A DNA stretch of 62,962 bases, counting the filler, from Platydemus manokwari (lineage: Eukaryota), in assembly GCA_037951405.1 (NCBI GenBank). It is 5 parts of 5 records of this genome, joined end to end, with 100 filler letters (N's around TTAATTAATTAA, not from the genome) between each part and the next. Parts side by side here need not be neighbours in the genome. Positions count along the whole stretch, not along the records: positions 14,859 to 32,565 come from JBBMOY010888866.1; positions 32,666 to 43,365 come from JBBMOY011112220.1; 3 more parts are not named here. One strand, written 5' to 3'. Below are positions 23,189 to 37,428 of the stretch, one piece after another. Numbering within the stretch: position 1 is the first letter of the stretch; each line of letters opens with the position of its first letter. Under the pieces are notes generated by a model. The model was not told the origin of the DNA, did no database searches, and saw only the letters and a list, made by a program, of their open reading frames with translations. The translations under genes and the position numbers were made by a program.

Positions 23189-26069
23189 CAATAATTATAA
23201 TATTAATAATAAAAATGATAATAGAACGATAATTTAATAATTAAACAATAATTAATGATAATAAAGAAAAAAGCTGAAAATAAGGTAGTTTATACCAGAT
23301 TAAAATTTATTTCAGGCTAAAACAAATGCGAATAAAATACAATTTATCGTGTTTATAAACAAAATAAAATTGAAAACAGCAGTAAAAAGATAAAACTAGA
23401 AAAATTAAGATTTTAATATTAACAAAGGCATAGCAGTGATATAAACCCAGCAGTAAAATAGTATATAAAGGCAGTGCAAAACATGACATTCACCTGATAG
23501 AAATCCTCAATCAGAGAGTATGGAGGATCTGTATTTATAACCGAATATAAGAAGATGCGAGGATTTCGATTTCTAAAAATGTATTAATGAGTTTACCAAG
23601 TTCAAAGAAGTGAAAAGTTTTCTACTCTAGAAATAATAAATTTTGACGAAGGAGATTTTACAAATATTTGCGACTAAATAAATATAATTTATCTTTAAAT
23701 ATTTGTAACGCTATTGATATTAGCATCAATTTTGGCTTTATTAATTTGTAGTTGCAATCGCGTCCATTTATAATATCACCCATGTGGATATTGAGCAGCT
23801 TTCTCCTTGAGTCGTGTGCTGTGCAGTTTGTCAACTTTTATTCTTCTCAATTAAATCTTATTAACACATTGTCGTTGTCATCAAACAATAGTATTAATAT
23901 CTATTGATTATTGTATACATTCAGTACCAGATCGATTTTCTGAAATGGGACAAACCATCTTTGTTGAAATAATCGATTTAAACCTTTAGATAATTCAGTT
24001 AATTTATTCGGTAAAATTGTCTCCATATGTAAATTAATAAAGTGAAAATATTTTCTTTTAGTTTTTTTATTATAATGTTAAGAACAACTCTATAGTGATA
24101 TCGAGATTTTATCGAAACTTTAATAACAATTATAACGAATTTTCATTTCGTTCTCATAATCATTGAAATACAGCATCAATTAATTCGAATGAAATGCATA
24201 TATTTATTATATAAAAAGCTATTTTACTAAGATTATGGATTATGCTAAGTGATTCTAATAAATTTCAAATTTATTACGAACATCATTAAATTATAAGAGC
24301 TAATAAAGTACAAAATGTCGATTTAAATTTTTATTTTTCTTACAATTTATCTCTAATACTCTTTATTATCCAATCGGAGAGAGTACATATTTAGTTTTTT
24401 TATTAATCAGTTTTTTTTTAATTTAAAATGGCTTTATTGTTCTGGTTTTGTTTACAAATAAAATCAAATTTTGCTTTTGATTTTTCCATAATCAAAATCA
24501 CTGCTTTAGAACATTATTAAACTAGTTTTTCAGGTGTTAGTCTCAATTCTGTGTTGCATAAATTGAAATCGATTTCTTTAAAAAAACCCAATTCAAATCA
24601 ATTATTAAACATATTTCAGTGATTATAAAAATTTATTAATTTATGACAAGAATGACATTTGGTTAACGAAATGAAAAAAAAACAAATTTTAAATGTCTAT
24701 TAAAACCAATAACTCAATCAGACAGCTGTTCACAAACAATGGATTAATGGTCAAAAGTGAAAATATAAGCAAATATTGAAACCAATTATGAAAGCTGTCT
24801 ATCATTATGTTTTGATAAAGAAATTAATGAATTCATTAATATCGTTAATCACGGTGACATAAAATTATCTGTTTCCTATAATATCTTATTCAAACGCCAA
24901 TTTTTACGGTTGAATTTATTAGTTCCATATCGTGATTGATGGGATAATGTTTGGTGATTTGATGTCAAAATAAGAACAGCTTCATAAGATAATTGAGCTT
25001 ATGTGAATAGCAGTTGATAAGTGATGTAATATTATCCCGGCATCATCGAATCTTTAACAGAATATATCTTATCAGATTATTATTCTTATTAATTTACGTT
25101 GTCTGAAATGTACAATGAAATTGATCACAACGATGCACAATAAAACATAGAATAAGTCGTAACCATAGAATAAGTCTCAACCAAAAGTCAATTTAGCACT
25201 CCAGAGGTTGAAGATCGAAAAATGTTTAACAAATATGAAATACTTGTTTAGTTTAAGATATTACTCGTTATACAATGTACATTTTGTGTGCATCGATCCA
25301 AGTCTTGTACGTCGATTTTTATTTTTTTAAGATTTTTAAGTCTTGCTTTAGGATTTTAATTTGGTGGTCTTTCTTGGTTCTTCATTTCTATTGGTCATTC
25401 AAGTAACTCGCTTCTTTCTGTTGCTTTACCTCGATTAAAACCCTAAAGTCCGATCAGATATGCTGATTCAGAAAAATCTAATTGGCTACTGAGATTGTGT
25501 GCCAATCAATGTAAATAGAATTTTAAGATCCAATTGGTATGATTTTAAGCAGTTTATGATTTACTCGATAATATACTGAGTGTAATTTAAAGACAAATAA
25601 TGACAACCCAAGTCTTTATCAAAATCAAAAATTATAATTAAAGATTTAAAATTATAACAATTAATTGAAAAATTATAACAATTAATTTATTTTTAAATTT
25701 CCTGTTACCGATAGCACAAGTTTGACGAAGAAAATTTATACTAACTTAACAATTTTTCGGATAATTTCAATAAAATATTTACTACTTTCTATAATAAGTA
25801 ATTAATTTATATACATTTCCATTCAAATATCATTGTAAACTCAATTTTCTTATTTTGTTTCGTTATTTTTTCGAAATATTATTTCAAATTATGGAATTAT
25901 TTTAAGTATTGCTTGTACGAATTATACAACTTTTCATTTCATAATTTTACATAGTTTTTTGTTTCTTTTGATTTAAGATGGATTGTTTCAGACTATAAAT
26001 TATTCAATACAACAATTAATTAAAATTGATTTATTAAACATTCATAAAACAGTAAAATGGTGGTATCTA

Positions 26070-26760
26070 CATCTAAATATATTTCTATACTGAATATCAG
26101 ATCAATTAAAGTTACAGAATTGTAAAATTTTGTTGAAAATAGAAAGAAAAAAATGTCCATCGACGATGGACCAGTGAGCAACCCTAAAGTCATTGTGCAA
26201 CCAACGAAATTCATTATATGCTTAATTTTTATGCTTTGCACTAAAGATTCGGATTCTCTAAATCATTTGGTTCAATTGTTGCAACTATTTAGTTCCGGAA
26301 TTTGTTCGAATATTGGACTTCGCTTTCATAGTTTGAAGGACGGTTAAAATTTTATCTGACTTCTGAAATAAGTCTTACTCAAAGAACAACACGTAATGAT
26401 TGTCTCAAAGACCAATAGCTGATTATTTTGAACCTATTATTTGTGCCTCACACCTGACTTGTATATCTGGTCCAAAACATATTACTAATCAAGCTAGTTT
26501 TATGGCCGTGGTAGATCTAAGCAAAGAGGCAAATGTTTAACATTGGTGAATGCTTGTCCAAAGTTTACATACTACTTTCAAAAAATCATCGACTGAGATA
26601 GTAGTGAAGGTCCTTTGAAGAACAACCAAAGTAATTATTATTATTGTATGAATTTGCAATAAATTTATGTGCTTTAACTATATAGATATCTTCTCTTAAA
26701 AAGGTTCTTCACAAAAACGTTTCTATTGATAGACAATGTATGAAACACGACATTATTAAT
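26070..26760 (+). mobile_element. Possible decayed APE-endonuclease LINE fragment
   Basis: YISILNIRSIKVTEL at the start and LIDNV near 26725 resemble APE domain motifs. The intervening sequence is broken. Confidence 0.25.
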
Positions 26761-29060
26761 GAATTCATTATACACCATTCGTAAAAATCTGGGGTTCCGC
26801 ATAATACCACAAGCTAATATATGCAAGCAATAAGAATATGCAACGAAATGATGAATAACGTTCCTCTCCTGTCGCTGACATTTATCAAGGATTATTTGCA
26901 TTTGGCCGCTTTAATAATTAGGTACGAATTGAAAAAAGAATTTAAGAAGTTCGATCGAAAGTTGATATTTTATCACGATATTTTACAAATGCTTTTTCGA
27001 TCATTTATTGTTTCAAATACTTTAAGATTACGCACATTATTGTCAAGGAGTTTGAGCTAAATAATTTCCAAACAGTCAATTTAAATTATGTAAATATGAA
27101 TTTTATCATATTTATTACCTTAATCTTAAAACTGTTAAAGACTTCGACTATTAAAAACCATCATGATTTTGGTATTGTTGTGACGTCTTTGGATAGCTGG
27201 CTTGTTCAGTAACGATCTGTTCTGCTACGCTAGAAGTGTTGATTTTTATGATGTACTCTTAGTCAATTATATTTACAATCTTAGAATTTAATCATGATTG
27301 TTTATATTTTTATATTTCTTGGTGTTATATAATTTTTTCCATTTTGTGCCACACTTCAGTCGAATTACTATTATTATTTACTTTTAAAAATTTATTTATA
27401 AAAATTAAAAGAAATAGTTTTATGAATAAAAATCCAAGCATCATTCTATCATGAATATTTTCATTCACTATAAAGCAGTACGAGCAATTTCTCGAAAATC
27501 ATTGTGTTAAAACTATGATCGCAGACCGTTGTTAGAAATCTATTGTTCCTTTCATTGCGATCTTTCTTCTTACATGACTTATCGTAAAGGATGTAATCAA
27601 TTTTATTTTCATCCTGTTGTTTGTTCTGAACTATTTAATTAGACAATTTAATCTAACATATACTCTACTAATCAAATTTCAGAAATCTTTCAAATCATTT
27701 CGAGCATGTACAATTCCATTTGAATAAGATCATGATTTGACAATCAGGCGAAAAATGGTTTCTGGTTAATGAAGCATTTCAATTTGCTGGGTGACGTAAA
27801 ATAATTTAGAAATATTATTTTATTTATATATTTTTATAACTTAATAGAATCTAGTAAGTTTGTGGGATCTTAATATCAAAAACACTGAGAAGTATTTTAT
27901 AAATTTGAAAAAATTTAAATTAAATATATGATGTGACATCGAACCACCGTGTTGATTTATTAGAGTGATTTTTAATTTTGATCAGATCATTCTAATTAAA
28001 AAGAATTTCTTCAAGATATCCTAATTTTGAACATAAAATAATATTACGTCTAAAGCAAATGATATGAATCAAATACAGAAATCTAGAATTGTTAATTTAG
28101 TTCAAAAAAGTCACAGGTTGGCTTGCTAATTTAGCCAGGGAGTTTAGAATTCAAATGGTCCAGACTATCAGTAGATTAGACAGTTCAGGTGGATATTGTA
28201 GTAGGACTTCTAAAATAAAACAAGTCTCAGGTAATGAAATTAACATTACTCGCATTTTCTATATAATATGATTATATTAGTTTGACTTTCCCTTAACGAA
28301 AATTAATACCAATAATGTGAAATTATTTAAAAATAGCTAGAAATTAAAGTTTTCCAAATTTATCGAAACCTCATAAATCACGGCTTATTGAAGAACAGGG
28401 TTTAATAATAAATACTAAAACTGAAAATAATAATAAAGAATTTTCATTTAAAAATAATAAGTTAGCTAATATTTATCTGATTATGAATAATTTTAAATCT
28501 TCAAATAAAATAAAGCAATAAAATTGAACGGCGATAAATTTTCTTGTGTATTCCCAACGATCTGTAATGACTAATTGGCATTTAAAGAAAATTATAACAT
28601 TCTATACGGTGAATAATAGGAACCATTAACATTTAATAATTCGTTGGAATCATCTTTATTAGAAAGTGGATATAGTAAATATGAATTTCAAAATTTTTAT
28701 ATCTAATGTCTAGAAAATTGGGAATAATTTTTGATCAACTCTAACAAGTTTGAATAACCGAAAACCAAAAACAGCAGCAGTGTTTACAATGACAGATAAT
28801 TTAACTGGTTGTTATGATATTCGTTCCTGTTGATCTTTCAAATCAATATGAAAATTACGTTGTGAAACAAAGATAGGATAAACAATTAAAAAGTGCTACC
28901 GTCTATCATACAAGTAGTATCTTTATTATATTAGAAATTCAAAAGGCAAATTGAAAAGTTGCGTGAAGTAGCTAGAATTGCACAAGTAAAAACCTATTAT
29001 TAAACGTTGAGAGTTGATATTCAACTTAATTGCCTTTAATGGCAGCTTTTTTATAATTAT

Positions 29061-29590
29061 TGCTTGAATTTAAAATTTTAAATTTAAAAAAGTTTTATAA
29101 ATTAATATAAAAAGATATCAATCTGTTTAAATAATTGTTTTAAAATAAATATTTTGACGTTGTGACTTTCTATTCGTTTTAAAAAGCGTTGAATGAAAAA
29201 GTAACAATTTGCATATCTACTCCGATTTGGATTCGATTCTGAGAAAGTCTATGGCATTCAAAAATATAAAAAGAGGAAGATATGGAAAAGGTGTAACATG
29301 ACGAAGAGAAAACAGGAAAATTTATGAAATTAAGAAGAAATAAAAATTTAATTTAGATAAATATTTGTAAATAAATGTTTGGAATAAATAGAAGATCAAA
29401 CATTTCAAAGAAAGTGACGATGTGAGGATTTAAAAATTTAAATGTTAAAAAGTTTTATAAATTAATATCATTTGATTTTAATTTATTTGAAAAAACATTC
29501 TTTAATAGATAATTTGGTGTTGTGATTTTTCAGTTCGTTTTCAATACATGCTTTATAAAATAGTATCGGCTTACAAATTACCATCCTTAA
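29061..29590 (+). mobile_element. TRIM-like mini LTR retroelement, copy A
   Basis: Two ~165-bp direct repeats (~29061 and 29421, the second starting TGTGAGGAT). They are separated by a ~200-bp purine-rich interior that begins TTTGGATTCGATTCT. Confidence 0.6.
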
Positions 29591-32565
29591 CCGAGGTTGT
29601 ATTTATTCCATTTATCCCCAATATGTGATCGAGTATATGGTTTGCCCTCTAGTTGTTTCATTTACATTTCGCTTTAAAGAATTATATTCCACTTACCGAG
29701 TATTTTTATTTATTTATAATTATTATCGTTTTTGCCTTTATTTTATTTATGTTTATTGAGATTATTTAATTAGCAATTATCTCCATCTTTTTTCTTTCAT
29801 TTCAAACTATATCATTTTCAAAATCAAAACATATTTGAACATGAAATTCTACCCATTAAAAAAACAATATTCGTTAGAACAATACACTCATTGCTTATCT
29901 TTTACTACATAATAGTAAAGTGAATTAATTTATATCTTCAATAAATTTAAAGTAATACGATAATTAAATCGATACTTGATATCCATTCATTGGACGAACA
30001 TAAACAGCTACCAACAAAATTCTGTTATAAACACATAATGCTTATAAAAGCATCAAAAATCGATACTTCCATGTCTGTTTAACTTATTCGGAAACGATAA
30101 ATTTTCCGAGTCCTTGGAGTAAGTAGGAAAATATTTTTCTTTAATATCCCACTTTTAGAAATTTTTGTTTTATTTGTGTTGGATTAGATTTTTCTGTTAA
30201 AGCTTGTGCATTTTTATTATTTCCATGTATTGTCTTATCTTCATTTTTAAACATTTATTATCAGTAACAAAGAATTTTTAATCGAAATAACGATGGCATA
30301 TGAAAATAAAAAACAATAAAATTCATTACCTAAATAGTTTTGAGTTTGCACATTAAGACAATTGAATTTTGATATCAACTTAATGTACTGAGGTGAGCCT
30401 AACTTGCTTATAAAGCAAGATAGAAGCAATTCTATAATTTAAAGAAAAAAATAAGAAATTTCATAAATTGAAAATAGGCTACTGAGCCGTTTTTGTTAGT
30501 AAGGTAAAAAAACTAGCTACTATATTGTTTCGTTTTATTGAATTGATAGACTGCAATTGCAAATTTATTGTGTATTTTTGATTTGATGTCGTCAGATACG
30601 TGATTGTAAGGATGGTAAAAACAGAATCAATATAAAATATTTCATGATGAGAAAGGAAATCATCATATAAAGTCTTGTGAATGATGTTAATGATATTTTG
30701 ACATTGCTGTTAAATCGCTATAGTTATAAGCTGAATAAATGAAATGCCGGTGTTGCTAATAATCGATCATAAAATAACGTCAGATGATTTTACTTAGAAA
30801 CCTAAAGAACTCATTACTTTCATCAAATGAGCAGCCATTTTGAATGGAAATAATTTATCTGCTCGTAATAAAATCGGGTGTTGTTTGAAAATCATGAAAA
30901 ACCTAGATATTTGAAGAATATCAATGAATTATTCACATTGACGTTACTATGTTAGTAAGAATACTCTTGGTGGCGTATTCCATATGTAGTAATTAAATTA
31001 TCAAATGGTTTTTCGAGCTTTTCGAAACTCAACCAAAAATCTTATTAAGTATGAGTTCAGTTCTGCAAAAAATAATTCTTTAAAAGGCATCGATATATAT
31101 TTCATGGAAAAATTTAAAGTCAACAATTATGAAGTAGCAGACTCTTGATATTTCTTTTCCATTTACACACTTTTCTATCCTGAATTTCACTAGTTATACA
31201 TGTCCTATCATGAGAAGTGGTCATATAATTAAGCATAAGCAACCCAACATTAAGAGTAAATTGACTGTGAAGTAAATATTAATTCAATTGACCTGCTTAA
31301 AACAGAAGTATTTCATATTTGAATCTTGTCAATATCCAATATTCTTCGGTTCTAATTCATTGACCGATCACAATTAGTGAATTAATTAGCACACCGAGAT
31401 AAAAAATGCACAACACAGCAAATGATATAAATAATACAGTTTTAATATTATTTGATTTTGGGTTGGAATTTAAGATTAGATTCTCAATTGGTAGCACTGA
31501 CTCCAAAGCTCTACTATCAGTTGCACTGGCAGATAGAAAAATAAATACATTTTAATACAATTATTAATAAATAAAAAGCAGTAAAATAAGCCTAGAATGA
31601 ATATAATTAATGATAACAATGAATAGTAATAAACACAATAAATTGATAAACAGACGCGTTTATGTTATTCAATTAATTACTCGCTCAACGGATAGGAAGA
31701 AGATTGACGATACGGTGGCTAACCGTACATTTAATGAAACTTCTATTAAAAAGATGAACGAAGATTGGATTTAATATGAAATAATTCTGAACTCTGTGCG
31801 CAGTATCAGCAAAAATAAAAGGTTACTTGAGATGGATTCACTTTAAATACAAAATGGGCTTCCGCAAATAGATTAATAGTTTGATAAAATGTTCCTTGTC
31901 CTCAATTAAATTATTAATATCCTCTTGTAAATAATTCACGAGGATTTAGTGGCTAAATAGGCTGGCAGAATTTTTCTTCTGAAATTAGTTAGTGATATTT
32001 GTAGAATTTTCTTCTAATTTAGTTTTTCATTTACTTGAGCGTTTATGGAATGACTAGCTCTCGATTTTAATTTGCTACATAGAGCCTCCTTGGCTTTTTC
32101 TTCTGTTTTAGACTTTTCTTGATAACTAAATTTGATAATGGAGGTTGGTGATTTCCATACTTGGTACTTACTCTTATATTTAAATTATGACTCGAATATA
32201 CCCACAAATTTTTAATTAAGGTCGTTCAATTATTTTTCTTAATATTATTTTGATGTTCGTTTAGAGTAATGATTAATTAGGGTGCTTGGGTGGGATGCCC
32301 AACATTATTTAATAGCTCAAATAAAGGTTGAAATAAAGGTGAGGATTAGCAAAATATTTGTATGTTTTGAAAATTATGTATCATCGATGATTAAATTGTT
32401 TTGTTATTGTAATATTTAATAATATAAGGTCCAATATAGATTTTCGTCGGTTTATCTCTGATTTTAAAATTACTAAAATAGTCTTTTATTTTAATCTCCT
32501 GATGAATAAATGATATAATTGACGGTGTGAAATCTTAAGTGGTATAGATGAATAGAAATAAACAT

Positions 32566-32665
32566 NNNNNNNNNNNNNNNNNNNNNNNNNNNNNNNNNNN
32601 NNNNNNNNNTTAATTAATTAANNNNNNNNNNNNNNNNNNNNNNNNNNNNNNNNNNNNNNNNNNNN
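32566..32665. other. Artificial scaffolding gap with six-frame stop linker
   Basis: 44 N + TTAATTAATTAA + 44 N. Confidence 0.97.
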
Positions 32666-35600
32666 TCCCCATCTTTCGGGCAATTTTTGGATGCCATCCC
32701 AAAAAAACCGGTCATCTTTTGAATCAAAGAACGAATCGAGCCTACAAAATCACAATACGTGCGAAAACAAATTCAGTCAGCTTGCACTTTATTACACGCA
32801 CTCAAATCATTCAATTTGTTAAAATGTTTACGAAGCAAAGCCTTATTGTCAAATTATCTATGAAAAGAAGTTACCGACGAATATGTTCAAACAAAGCATC
32901 TAGTTGAAAAGCCAAAATTTCCAGAAATATTTATCCAACAAAAAGTTTTTAATTCAGCCAATCCAATGATGAATAAATTTATCTGCTACAATTATGCGCC
33001 CACAGGTATTTCGATAGCTGTGTGACTGATCTAAATTACTAAGGTCACTACTTTATCTCTCAGTTTCTTTTTTAATTACAGGGGTGTCTTGTCACCTAGT
33101 TGAGCACACCTGAATCCTTATACTGAAGGGTCTATAAGTCAATATTAGCAAATTGTATCTCTTTAGTGTTATAAAATTTGATTTATCCTTATTTAATAAT
33201 ATTTATGTTTAAATAATTATCATTAATATAGAGAGTTAGAACACTTCCTAAGGATCTGAGAGGAACATATTCTGTTGGGAATGAAATCGCAACCTTCATC
33301 ATAAATATAGTTCTAATAATCGTCTACAGCTTTCTTATCGGATAACACCAAAATTTTAAATTGATTTCATTTATCTCTATAAAACCCCAACAGATATTCG
33401 TGAAATTCATACAGAAAGGTTTTCAAAAATAGTTTATAATTATATAGCTATAGCAATGGAAAATAAATGTGATAACATTTTTTATAGCAAAGTTGGTTTG
33501 TTTCACCTAAAAAAGCAATAAGAAATAATTCCAATTTTATTATTTTGTTTAAATTAAATAAATAAAAATAATATTTAATATTTTCATATTTATTTATTAA
33601 TACTCTGGGAAATGAGGAATTCAATCTCGTTACAAAAAAAACAACGGAATATATATAATTTTCCTATAAAAGTGACCGGTAATTTAGACGCAAATATTTA
33701 TGAATTTATACATGAAATTTATATTTTATTAATATATCAGTAACGGTAACAAATTTAAAGTAATCTATTGATATAATTTGTGAATTTCAACAAATTAGTA
33801 AATCCGTTGATGTTTGTAAACAAAATTTAAAATCAGTCGTATAACAAAATTGTAACAAATTAGAAGAACTATGTTTTGACCACCATGGTAGGGAACAATC
33901 AAGCTCATGAATGTTATCCATAGAAAGGTACCCGCAAGAGAAAATTTGTAAAGTATTACCAGTAAAATTTTGTTTTAAAAATCTTATATAAGTTGGAAAA
34001 AAGCAAAATGTCGCTTTTTGCATCATAAGCAAAAGCAAATCCGTGCTTTCGGGGCTTCCAATATGACAAATGGCGATTTTTTGTCGAAATCTAGCCCCAA
34101 CGAATGCTGGTGATCTTTTTTATTATTGTAAGAATATTGATCACCAAGTTAGATCCGATCCCCCAACGAATTGCTTTACAGGTCTAAATTCCCACTTCTC
34201 TCGAAGTTCTGTCTCTATTCATAATCCCCCAATGGAGTACTTGAATCTCCAAACCAGTTCCAACATCAATACTGGTCCTCCAATGATGAATGGTTCCCAC
34301 TTGATGTTACCTAACCATCCTATGCCTTCGAATTCCTATCAGAGTATGATCATCGACCATCGATATACCCATCCGTTTCCATAATCCAATTATGCCCCAT
34401 GTATGGATGAACCTTATGGTCAGATTAATCATGATTATCATCTAATTAATTTAACTTATAAGGATTTAAATAATGTTTATTATCAACCTCTTAGTAATTT
34501 TAACAGTAATCATATTGATTTAAGCCGGAATTTTCATAATAATTACTTAAATCATGTTAATTATAATAAAACTTTGCCCATTAATTTCTCAAATTTTGAT
34601 AAAAATTTTTTTTGTATAATAATACTCCAGCTCCCAACGTTTCGTTTACCCTTCTGTTCCTTAAAATAATTATAAAAACAACTTTATTCGTTATTCTGTG
34701 GATCAACTCCCATTTCCATCCAATTATAAAAATAATGGAATTTTCAATGGAGTTGATCAGCTTAATTTTAATACTGACTTCCCGGGCCCCAAACAGTACT
34801 CAAACACAGTAGAAAACTTGAATTCTACTTATTTACCGCCTAATTAATCATTACCAATTATTAATGATTATTCCGGTTTAAATTTTTCTGATTACTTGAT
34901 CAGATTAATTGATCAAAATACTAAAGCAAATAATTCTTTAAGTAGAAATTTTAAAATTTCTAATTATAATAATTCTTTTTCTTATCATCCTAATATTTAT
35001 AATTATAGTGTTTTTAAACTAAATAATTCCTTAATTAATGATTCTTATAAAAATTTTTACTCTTAATTCCAGCTGTGAACCTTTTAATTATCAAAATTTA
35101 TATTTTTCCAATTATCATAATTCAAATTTTAATCTCCCACCCTATTTCAAATGCTCCTTCCGGTTTTGATCAGGCTGTTCCCCTCCCACTCAATCCAATT
35201 GGCTCTAACAATAGGCGTAGCCGTCCTACTCGTCAACCCACTAATTCAAACTCTTCTCTTCCTGTTAACTCGTGCTCCTCCAGCAATAAGGTTTCTTTCC
35301 GTGTTCCGGTTTCTATTGATCTTCCTTCACTCCCACCCCAGACTTATGCTTCTGCTCTTACTGATCAGCTTCCAGCTGCTGATGCCACGCCTAAGTTTCC
35401 CCAGGATGTTCTATTTAAGGGATTTAAAGCTTCTCGCTTCTCGTCCAACTTTGATTTTCATTCCTCCCGTTCTCAGCAGGACATCTTTGATGGTTCTAAT
35501 CTTGTGGCCAGATTCAATAACATTCTCCCGCAACCAACCAAAGCTCTTCAATCCTTTAAGTCATTTCAATGTCGCTCTCGTGATCATCTCGCTACTCTGT

Positions 35601-36563
35601 CTCGCTTCAGTTCCCAAACTGATAATTCCCTCAATATGCTGCCTCCCACCTCCTCCAAATTTTCTTCTGTTCCCCCTCCTCCTGAGCGTTTGGCTCCAGT
35701 GATTCACTTTGTAACCTTACCTCTGTGAATGTCTCAACTTCCGATTTTCCTAATCTCGAACCTCATCTGTCTTCCAGTCGAAGCTCCCCTTTGTTCTGCT
35801 GTCCGCGGTACAGCCTTCGAGTTCCCTCCATATGTCCATTCCAAAATTAACCTCTCCTCTTGATAAACTTCGTTCAGCCGTCAATAGGATGTCTCGGGCT
35901 CCCCTTTGTAGCCATGACCCTCGAAAGGTTGTTCTTGATAGATCCCCTTTGTCTCGCTTCTAAACCTTTATATTCCTCGCTGACTGTTATTGTTCTAGTT
36001 GCCTTCCGCAAGTTCAGTAACTTTATTCTTCTCTACACCCTAACGCGCTGATTGTTCAGAAACATTGTACTAAGCGTTTCATCAGTCGTGGCAAAGGCGA
36101 TCGTCTATATATCGTCAAACAACTTGCTTCTTCATGTTCTTGTGCCTGTGCTCAATTTTCGGCCAAATATGCCAACACTTTCAATAATTTCCTCTTCAAA
36201 GATATCTTATTTCGCTCTAAGTATTTCAATAAAGGTATTGTCAAGGACCAGGTACCCTCCAACTTTTTGTATCTCTCCCAGCTTGCTAAATACAATTTCT
36301 GTAAGTGCCCAGATTCTAGGGAAACTTTCTCCGATGCTTACCAGTCGCTTTTCGTTGATAATGGTTTTTCCTCTATTACTCTACCCGATATTTGTTTCAA
36401 ACAGTCCTGTTCGATCATGAGAAACCGGACTTCTTCAAATCCCATTCCCTTCGCCCCTGTTGCCTAGTTGTATCTATTCCGGTTAACTTCTCCTCCAGGC
36501 GCGCGACTGTTGTTGTGTTAACTGTTTTGCATTGTTTTTATTAAACTAGAGTCAGCGATAGAG

Positions 36564-37013
36564 TTGGCCCACAATCGTGTAGACTCTTTCTATGAAGTCT
36601 TCCCTTTCCATCTGTTCTCTGCGGCTAAGGTTATTTTATGGCTTGTCCACTGGGAACCGTCTCACTTGATTTTGTATATTGCAGATATTGAACTCCAACG
36701 GAGCTACCTTTTGGACCCTGCTGTTGGTCCGCTTTCGGACAAGGAATCCACTCTGTGGTACTTACTTGATAGTATTATCACCCATCTTATCCATCCTCAA
36801 GCTACTATCTCACTTCAGAAGCCGTTCTTGGTTGATCTGCCCAAGCAGGTCAAGCCTTTCTATTGTGGCTTCTTCGTGATTCAGTATGCTCTCTATTTTT
36901 GTTCTGGAGGCCCTTATCTGACTTCGAATTGTACCAATCAAAGACTGGACATCAAGAAAGTTCTCGAGAAAATCGTGGAAGAGCGAAAAAGATTACTCCC
37001 GGCTGTCAAATGA
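36564..37013 (+). pseudogene. Ulp1/C48-like cysteine protease domain of the NeSL-like element
   Basis: His (SHLIL), Asp (LLDP), Gln and Cys (PKQVKPFYCGFFV) in C48 order and spacing. Confidence 0.75.
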
Positions 37014-37428
37014 GGTGTACCGTCGATGCATCAGATTCTCGTTGAGGGACCAGTCGTTAGATATTTTTGAATTGGTTTCTTTGGCTGTCTTTGCTCTCCA
37101 CCCGGATCGCTTTGATGAGAAGCTTAAATTCCCCTCCGATGTTTGTTTGGAGGCTGGTAAATCTAAATATCGCATTAGGCAGGAATATGAGGCAATGCCT
37201 AAAAATGTAGGACACAGTTTATTATCCAACTCCACTCCTTCCTCTTCTCTTTCTATTAAACAAATCGAGGAAAACTTCACTTTTACAGTCCCGCATTAGC
37301 TTGATGAGTCGTTTTGTCCTTCTTTTCCATATCTCAAGGATGAATCTTTCCATCTTCCGATCTCCGTAGAGGAAATTAATGTTGTCTTTTCTTCGATCTC
37401 CCAATCCGCTCCTTGTAATGACAAGCTT

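Noticed and set aside
23009-23232. ORFs full of X
   Set aside because: Artefacts of translating through the N gap.
25146-25180. Direct repeat CATAGAATAAGTC x2 (CRISPR-like or TSD)
   Set aside because: Only two units with a 5-nt spacer; a simple local duplication.
35151-35702. 183-aa Leu-rich ORF that looks like a membrane protein
   Set aside because: Alternative frame of the C/T-rich, Pro/Ser-coding LINE leader.
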